From positions 1 through 64,000 of the forward strand of contig JAOUEV010000005.1 of assembly GCA_029858565.1 (NCBI GenBank): a DNA stretch of 64,000 bases, written 5' to 3'. The stretch is from Nitrospirota bacterium. Lineage in GTDB: Bacteria; Nitrospirota; UBA9217. Below the pieces are notes generated by a model, which made no database searches, had not been told where the DNA came from, and was given only the letters and a program-made list of their open reading frames with translations. A program made the position numbers and the translations under genes. Within the stretch, counting starts at the first letter, position 1; each line of letters begins with the position of its first letter. Positions 58,014-64,000 of this stretch are shown piece by piece.

Positions 58014-58889
58014 TTACGGCGTGGACCGGAGATATTCCCCATACAGAGGCTCGGTCACGACCGGCGCCGGGAAGACCTTCCATCCCCGGGACCCGATCCG
58101 TTCCGCGGCCGTTCTGCATGCTGCCTCAGTTTCAAAGATCCCGAATACCGTCGGTCCGCTGCCGCTCATCCGCGCTCCAAGCGCTCCGGCATCCCGGAGT
58201 GCCTGTTCCATCTCTCCGATGACCGGATGGGCCGGCGCCGTGACCGTTTCCAGGTCATTGTGAAGCGACTGGGCCAGCTGACCGACTTTGAGCCTTGCAA
58301 TTTTATTACAGTCGACCTTCTTTGTCAACCGTAAATTTAGGTTCTTATAGACCCAGGCGGTCGAGGTCTCGAACCCCGGGTTCACCAGAAGTACCCAGAA
58401 CAGGGGAGGCGGCGGCAGGGTTTCCAGCACCTCTCCCCGTCCCCGGGCAATCGCCGTCGGGCCATGGAGAAAGAAGGGCACGTCCATGCCCAGGCCTGTG
58501 CCGATCTCCGCCAGCTGCGCCCGGGACAGGAGCCCTCCTGTCAAGACATTGCATGCCACGAGCACAGCTGCGGCATCACTGCTGCCGCCCCCCAGTCCCG
58601 CGGCAACGGGAATATTCTTGTTGATCGTGATGGAGAGCCCCATCCCGGGACGGGACCGGTCCAGCACTGCCCGGGCCGCGCGGTACGCGATGTTCCCCTC
58701 GCCGACCGGAACACCTGCGGCATCGCAGGTAACACTGATGCCGCCCTGTGCTTCCCGGACCGAAACACGGTCGTACAGGCCCACGGCCTGCATCAGCATT
58801 TCCACATCATGATAGCCGTCAGACCGCTTACCAAGGACAGAGAGGCAGAGATTGACCTTCGCCGGAGCGAACAACACCAGTTCCTTCAC
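58014..58889 (-). CDS. ispE: 4-diphosphocytidyl-2-C-methyl-D-erythritol kinase
   Basis: APAKVNL, PVAAGLGGGSSDAA, DVPFF, MSGSG. Confidence 0.96.
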   Translation of the reverse strand: MKELVLFAPAKVNLCLSVLGKRSDGYHDVEMLMQAVGLYDRVSVREAQGGISVTCDAAGVPVGEGNIAYRAARAVLDRSRPGMGLSITINKNIPVAAGLGGGSSDAAAVLVACNVLTGGLLSRAQLAEIGTGLGMDVPFFLHGPTAIARGRGEVLETLPPPPLFWVLLVNPGFETSTAWVYKNLNLRLTKKVDCNKIARLKVGQLAQSLHNDLETVTAPAHPVIGEMEQALRDAGALGARMSGSGPTVFGIFETEAACRTAAERIGSRGWKVFPAPVVTEPLYGEYLRSTP

Positions 58890-59644
58890 TGCATATCCCC
58901 CTGAAAGATCGTCTCCTCCACCGGGCCATTGATCTCTACTTCCTCGTAAAGGACCGTAAGCCGCAGCGCCCGGTCGGGATTCTCGAGCACCACTGTCATC
59001 GGAAAGGAGTATCCCGAAATGGAGCGTCGCCCCTCGAACCGCCCCCGATAGACCAGCCTGTCCCCGTCGTACCGTTCCTCGCTGTCGGCAAGGCCCCTGT
59101 CCGCCGGTTCTCCGGACGGCCGGAACACATGAACCCTCCGAACGGCCCCGCCTTCGGAGAACTGGACCATGCAGCGGCCTGCTGTTTCACAGGCTGCCCT
59201 GACCGGGACCTCGGTCTGCGGAGCGATCACGTTCCCGCCAAGAGCGGCGCAGAGCTCTCCGGGAGACAGCGACACTCCCAGCGCGCGCTCCAGCCCGGCC
59301 TGACCCACGGAAATGAACTCCTCTTCGCCCGGCGGCCGGAGCAGTACCGTTCTCCCGTCCGAGAGCAGCGCGAACAGGGATTCTCCAAGAGGGCCGAACC
59401 CGTCGACCCGGAGCTTTCCGCTGCTGTTCATCACGATGGCAACGCTCTCATAGGACCGGCGCCTGCCCTTGCGTTCGGTCTCGACCCGCGCGACCGCTTT
59501 CACGGTCACGAGCTTATGCCGCTGCGCGTCCAGCGCCTGCACCAGCGGGCCGGGAGACACCTCCTGCCCGGGAAGGTCCGGCAATCGGTGGTGGCATGCG
59601 GCAGGCAGGGTAAGGAGCAGGAGGGCGAGAAAGCGGATCTTCAC
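58886..59644 (-). CDS. LolB-like/DUF4292-like lipoprotein
   Basis: Lipobox AAC, LRVDGFGPLG; TPR-lolB-ispE synteny. Confidence 0.7.
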   Translation of the reverse strand: MKIRFLALLLLTLPAACHHRLPDLPGQEVSPGPLVQALDAQRHKLVTVKAVARVETERKGRRRSYESVAIVMNSSGKLRVDGFGPLGESLFALLSDGRTVLLRPPGEEEFISVGQAGLERALGVSLSPGELCAALGGNVIAPQTEVPVRAACETAGRCMVQFSEGGAVRRVHVFRPSGEPADRGLADSEERYDGDRLVYRGRFEGRRSISGYSFPMTVVLENPDRALRLTVLYEEVEINGPVEETIFQGDMQ

Positions 59645-61413
59645 GGTTTGGCTTTCTGAGGGTTCTTTTTTGGCTTCTTCGCCGGCTGGTCAGGGCTGAC
59701 GATCTTATCGGGATCGCCGAAGCCCGCTGCGCGGAACTTGTCGCGGAGCTTGGGATTCCTGGGCTCGGTCTCGAGCGACCGGATCCATTGCTTCTGCGCC
59801 TGGGTCTTTTTTCCGCGCTTCAGCAGTATATCGCCGTAATGCTCCAGCATCACCGGGTCTTCAGCCTTGGACTTTTCCATTGCCCTGGTCATGACCTCAA
59901 GGGCCTCGGCATACATGCCCTTCTGGTAATAGACCCAGGCGAGACTGTCCAGTATATAGCCGCTATCCTGCTTGATCAGCAGCGCACGCTTGATCAGCGA
60001 CAAGGCCTCATCAAGGTTCTCGCCAGCCTCTGCGTAGGTATACCCCAGATAGTTCAGAGCGTCGGCATGGTCCGGCTTTATCTCCAGTGTCTTGCGGAGC
60101 GCGGCCCGCATATCGTCTTTCTTTCCCTGCTTTTCATAGGTGATGGCCAGGGAGAAGTACAGGTCATCGCGGTCCGGGGCCATGGTGATCCCCCTGAGCA
60201 GGACCGCGGACGCTTCGGCGTATTGTTCAAGGTCCATATAGGCATCGGCAAGGTAAAGATAGAGCTCCGGCTTGCCGGGCTGTTCCTTCACCGCTTTGTC
60301 GAGGAGCGGAATAGCGTCCTGGACACGGTTCTGGCGGGCCAGGATGTATGCCGTCTGCAGGATCGCATCGGTGTCTCCTGCGTCAAGTTTGAGGATGTCG
60401 CTGTAAACGGCCCGCGCTTCGTCATAGCGGTCCTGGGCAATGAGGACCGACCCCAGATAGTGGCGGACCTTGATGTTGTCCGGGAGAGCATCGACCGCAA
60501 CCTGGAAGGCGGCCGCGGCCTCGGCATAGCGTTTTTTCTCGACGTAGATGAGACCCATCTTCACATAGGCGTCATAGTTCTTGTCGTCATCCGTCACGAT
60601 CCGCCGGAACTGGTCAAGCGCCTGGTCAAGCTCGTTCTCCTGGATCAGAAGCTGCGCCATGCGCTGCCGCAGTTCGGTATTGTGCGGATTCAGGGTCAAC
60701 GCTTTCCGGTAGGACGCAATGGCATCGGCGGTACGGCCGGTCATTTCATAGACAATGCCCATGCCCGTGTGCGCCGGTTCGAACTCATCACGTATGGATA
60801 TGGCGCGCTTGAACTCGGCAAGCGCCTCGGGAAACATCTTCCGCTCGGTGTAGATCCTGCCGATGTAGTACGGGGACATCAAAGAGGCCGGGGTCTTCTT
60901 TTCCAGGGACCGGAACGTCTCGATAGCGTCATCATATCGTTTCAGGCTCGCCAAAAGGGACCCCAGGTACAGAGCTCCCTCCTCATTGCCCGGATCGATG
61001 GCCAGGACGCGGCGATAGAGCTCCACCGCTTCGTCATACTGCCGTTTCCCCGAGCTGATGCCGGCGAGCATCAGCAGCGTCTCGGTCCGGTCCGGCGACA
61101 GTTCGATCGCCTTGCGCGCGTACCGGGCCGCGTCGTCCGTCCTTCCCCTGCGAAGCGACAGCGCGGCGAGCGAATGGGCGATATCAGCGGACCGGGGATC
61201 GAGCTGCGACGCCTTTGCATATTCGGCCATGGCATCGTCGAGCTCGCCCTGCTCCTCGAGCAAGGTTCCGTTCATGAAGTGCAGATAAGCGTCGGACTGG
61301 CGTGTTTCGGACTCATCCAGGCGGCCCTGCAGCACCTCGGGAACACGGGGAGCGGTCGCGCCGCAGGACGCAGCAAGTAGCGCGACCAGGCATATGATAG
61401 GAAATGCTTTCAT
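59641..61413 (-). CDS. TPR lipoprotein
   Basis: Lipobox ASC, many TPRs, ALNYLGY, DSLAWVYY, EHYGD. Confidence 0.92.
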   Translation of the reverse strand: MKAFPIICLVALLAASCGATAPRVPEVLQGRLDESETRQSDAYLHFMNGTLLEEQGELDDAMAEYAKASQLDPRSADIAHSLAALSLRRGRTDDAARYARKAIELSPDRTETLLMLAGISSGKRQYDEAVELYRRVLAIDPGNEEGALYLGSLLASLKRYDDAIETFRSLEKKTPASLMSPYYIGRIYTERKMFPEALAEFKRAISIRDEFEPAHTGMGIVYEMTGRTADAIASYRKALTLNPHNTELRQRMAQLLIQENELDQALDQFRRIVTDDDKNYDAYVKMGLIYVEKKRYAEAAAAFQVAVDALPDNIKVRHYLGSVLIAQDRYDEARAVYSDILKLDAGDTDAILQTAYILARQNRVQDAIPLLDKAVKEQPGKPELYLYLADAYMDLEQYAEASAVLLRGITMAPDRDDLYFSLAITYEKQGKKDDMRAALRKTLEIKPDHADALNYLGYTYAEAGENLDEALSLIKRALLIKQDSGYILDSLAWVYYQKGMYAEALEVMTRAMEKSKAEDPVMLEHYGDILLKRGKKTQAQKQWIRSLETEPRNPKLRDKFRAAGFGDPDKIVSPDQPAKKPKKNPQKAKP

Positions 61414-61500
61414 GGTATCAGTCTAAGTGACGGTATGTCCCCTGTCAAGACAAAGAGATGATGATCTTGCGGCGGCCTGGCAGTTCGGGCGTGAAGCGGA

Positions 61501-62271
61501 TCACCGGGACCGCAGGAGTTCCCGCAGCCGTCCGAGACCCGGCTCGATATCCTCGGCATCGTGGGCTTCCAGCGTGTACACCGGACGCAGGGCATGCTCC
61601 CGCAGCAGCCCGAAGAACTTGGCGAAATCCACCGTGCCGGTCCCCGGGACCAGGTGGGAGTCGGCTGACCCGGCATTGTCGTGCAGGTGGGTCTCGATGA
61701 TATGTTTTCCCAGGCGCTGGAACCACTGCTCCATGGGTACGGATGAGAAAATGTTGAAATGGCCGGTGTCAAAACAGAACCCGAAATCGCGGTGCCCGAT
61801 CTTCTCGATCAGGAGCGCCAGCGCCTCGGGGTCCTCGTCGAACACGTTCTCCACGGCCAGACGCGTCCCGGCCTTCACCGCCGCTTCGACCACCCGCGGC
61901 CAGACCTCCATGCTGTTCTCGAGCCAGATGTCTGTCCGGCCCGCATAGCGCCACCGGTCATAGGCCGCGTGAAATACGATAACGCGCGGCCGCAGGACCG
62001 ACGCCACGCCCAGGACCTGCTTGAACCGCATCTGGGTCGCCGAGCGCACCATGCGGTCCACGGCCCCGGGATTCAGGTCCATGAAGGGAGCATGGATCGT
62101 GATCGACGGTCCCCAATCCAGGGCGTCGGCGATCAAGGCCAGGTCCCCGTGCTCCAGCTGGTCGAGCACCGACGAGGGAAAGTAGATCTCAAGATCGTAC
62201 TTCCGCTTCCGGAGCAGTTCCCGGTAGTCCTTCAGCTTGGGAAAAGGGATATGGACGTGGATGGGGTCCAT
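61501..62271 (-). CDS. Sugar phosphate isomerase/epimerase (AP endonuclease 2 TIM barrel)
   Basis: HAPF, VENV, CFDTGH, HLHDN, DSH, TLE. Confidence 0.9.
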   Translation of the reverse strand: MDPIHVHIPFPKLKDYRELLRKRKYDLEIYFPSSVLDQLEHGDLALIADALDWGPSITIHAPFMDLNPGAVDRMVRSATQMRFKQVLGVASVLRPRVIVFHAAYDRWRYAGRTDIWLENSMEVWPRVVEAAVKAGTRLAVENVFDEDPEALALLIEKIGHRDFGFCFDTGHFNIFSSVPMEQWFQRLGKHIIETHLHDNAGSADSHLVPGTGTVDFAKFFGLLREHALRPVYTLEAHDAEDIEPGLGRLRELLRSR

Positions 62272-62277
62272 GAGACC

Positions 62278-62562
62278 TCAGCTCTTGGATGGACAGGACC
62301 CGCCTGCGCAGCCCCCGCATGCCGCGGGTTTTGCCTCCGCTGCCGGCGCGGGAGCGGTCTCGGAGGACTTTTTCTTGTCCGCAGAAGCGTAGTCAGTTGC
62401 ATACCATCCGCTTCCCTTCAGAACAAAGGACGTGGGAGAAAGCACCTTGCGGACCGCTGAAGCATGACAGATCTGGCAGACAGTCGCCAGAGGATCGCTG
62501 AACTTCTGCATGACCTCGAACCTGCCTTTACAGGAGTCGCATTCGTATTCGTAAACCGGCAT
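62278..62562 (-). CDS. FmdB-family zinc-ribbon protein
   Basis: MPVYEYECDSC...CQIC...KGSGWYATDY. Confidence 0.92.
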   Translation of the reverse strand: MPVYEYECDSCKGRFEVMQKFSDPLATVCQICHASAVRKVLSPTSFVLKGSGWYATDYASADKKKSSETAPAPAAEAKPAACGGCAGGSCPSKS

Positions 62563-62801
62563 ACCATTCACCTTCCTTCAAAACGATTGTTGCAGGGAAG
62601 GTTAATTATAAACAATGCATTGGTTAAAGACAACATTTTTTCAGTCGCTTTTATTGATGAACAGGGCTCTTCCTAGCGATGAACCCAGGCTTGGCCGCTC
62701 TTTGTCCCAACATATTAACGCATAATTTGTGTTTACCAAGACTAATTTGCTGTTTTCTCAGGGTATTTTTCGGGTATTTTTAAAAAAAGGGGAATAGTCA
62801 C

Positions 62802-62829
62802 TTGACAACCTGGGATTTATTGCTACAAT
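62802..62829 (+). promoter_or_regulatory. Strong sigma70-type promoter
   Basis: TTGACA-16-TACAAT with TG extended -10 and an A-tract upstream. Confidence 0.65.
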
Positions 62830-63047
62830 TGACGCTGTCACGGGAAAAACCGCTGATTTGCTGCGTTCGATCGAGCTCTTTCAGTGGACGTTGATGATTT
62901 CCCTTCGCTCTTACTGTTACCTGAAAATTCACTCTATTGCAAGGAAAGGAGGGGCAGCTTCATTTCTGATTCTTTAGTTGTATCGGCATAAACAGGTTAC
63001 TATCGCATCAATTCATGGCGTTACTATTTCAACAAGGAGGAAAGACG

Positions 63048-64000
63048 ATGAAAAAGTTTTTGTATGTTACACTGGTTTTGTCTTTGATGACGTTCGGGCT
63101 CTTCGGCTGTTCTAATATGCCGACCAATTTTGCGGTAATTGAAGGAAAAGCAGCCAACCCGGGCGTGCTCTACGGCAAGGTGGTCGACTACTCGACCCGC
63201 GCCGGAGTTGCGAATGCCACGGTGTACCTGAAAGTTTCCGGCGAGTGGCGCCAGGTGAACACCAAGACGGCCACGACAACGGGCGCTGAAAATGTCGCCG
63301 GCGATTTCACCATCAACAATCTTCCGCTTGCGTCCTGCATGCAGATGGTCATCAAGACCCCCCAGGGCGCTTCCTATGTGACGTACAAGGACGACTGCGT
63401 CTGGATCGACCAGCAGGGCAACTACGAAAACCAGTCGAACTGGGAAGTGGCCTATGATTACGGCAATGTCGAAATGGTGACCGGCGTGAACTTCAGCGTT
63501 TATGTCGTCAACACTGACACGGGCAACTACGTGACCAAGTCCGACGGCAGCGCGCTCGCGATCTACAACGGCTGGTGGACCGATACCCTGGCCGACGAAA
63601 TGGCAACCCGGGACACCACTGACACGAACAAGTACACGATAATCGTTCCTCAGACGTTTGCCAACTTCCAACTTTGCACACCCGCGGTTGACACTACCGG
63701 TGATGGGATATTTGATGTGACCAGCGGCTGCGCTTTGGTTGCGAATTATAACTCATCAATGCTCACCAATGAAGGAACGCTGAACACGAACATCCTCGTA
63801 TCGAACATCAACACGTACACAGCGGTTGCCAAGGTTGCCGACAACATGGCGCCGAAGGGCGCAAATGCCGGCGGAACCACTCTTGATGTGCTCGCCAAGA
63901 CCGACAACATGAAGATCTTCTTCAACCAGCCTGTTGAGATCGCCTCGGGCGGCAACAGCCTGCGGCTGAACTACACAGACAACCTGAAGACCCTGACCGC
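63048..64000 (+). CDS. Large surface lipoprotein, partial (runs off the window; absent from the ORF track)
   Basis: AAGGAGG RBS; MKKFLYVTLVLSLMTFGLFGC lipobox; GKVVD...VANATV prealbumin/CarboxypepD_reg-like start; Thr/Asn-rich; no stop to the window end. Confidence 0.88.
   Translation, partial: MKKFLYVTLVLSLMTFGLFGCSNMPTNFAVIEGKAANPGVLYGKVVDYSTRAGVANATVYLKVSGEWRQVNTKTATTTGAENVAGDFTINNLPLASCMQMVIKTPQGASYVTYKDDCVWIDQQGNYENQSNWEVAYDYGNVEMVTGVNFSVYVVNTDTGNYVTKSDGSALAIYNGWWTDTLADEMATRDTTDTNKYTIIVPQTFANFQLCTPAVDTTGDGIFDVTSGCALVANYNSSMLTNEGTLNTNILVSNINTYTAVAKVADNMAPKGANAGGTTLDVLAKTDNMKIFFNQPVEIASGGNSLRLNYTDNLKTLT

Overview
GC-rich bacterial chromosome segment; the gene content suggests an anaerobic Nitrospirota or deltaproteobacterium-like lineage (inference). 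It is mostly housekeeping: tRNA-Glu/Lys/Gln, purA-serA, ttcA, class II ribonucleotide reductase nrdJ, scpA/scpB, a cusCBA-type efflux operon, a split tol-pal cluster, two moeA genes, trxB, pilT and ychF-pth-rplY-prs-spoVG-ispE. A large lipoprotein gene runs off the right edge. The most notable observations are: (1) a DUF1573 gene missed by the ORF track, with an in-frame UGA (SUGC in place of SCGC) and a SECIS-like hairpin, i.e. a probable selenoprotein; (2) a 37-aa-period HEAT-repeat gene wedged between the kleisin scpA and the KITE scpB, a possible bacterial HAWK-like subunit; (3) a diverged duplicate of the NrdR-box promoter/leader of nrdJ bracketing a HigB/HigA-ImmA/GIY-YIG islet; (4) many intergenic inverted arrays of 7-11 bp tandem repeats, one of them in frame inside cusB; (5) a desulforedoxin-like/histone-H1-like fusion; (6) a catalytically dead class A beta-lactamase homologue; (7) a sigma54 plus IHF promoter on the efflux operon. 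No CRISPR array or rRNA was seen. All calls come from reading motifs by eye; no searches were run.
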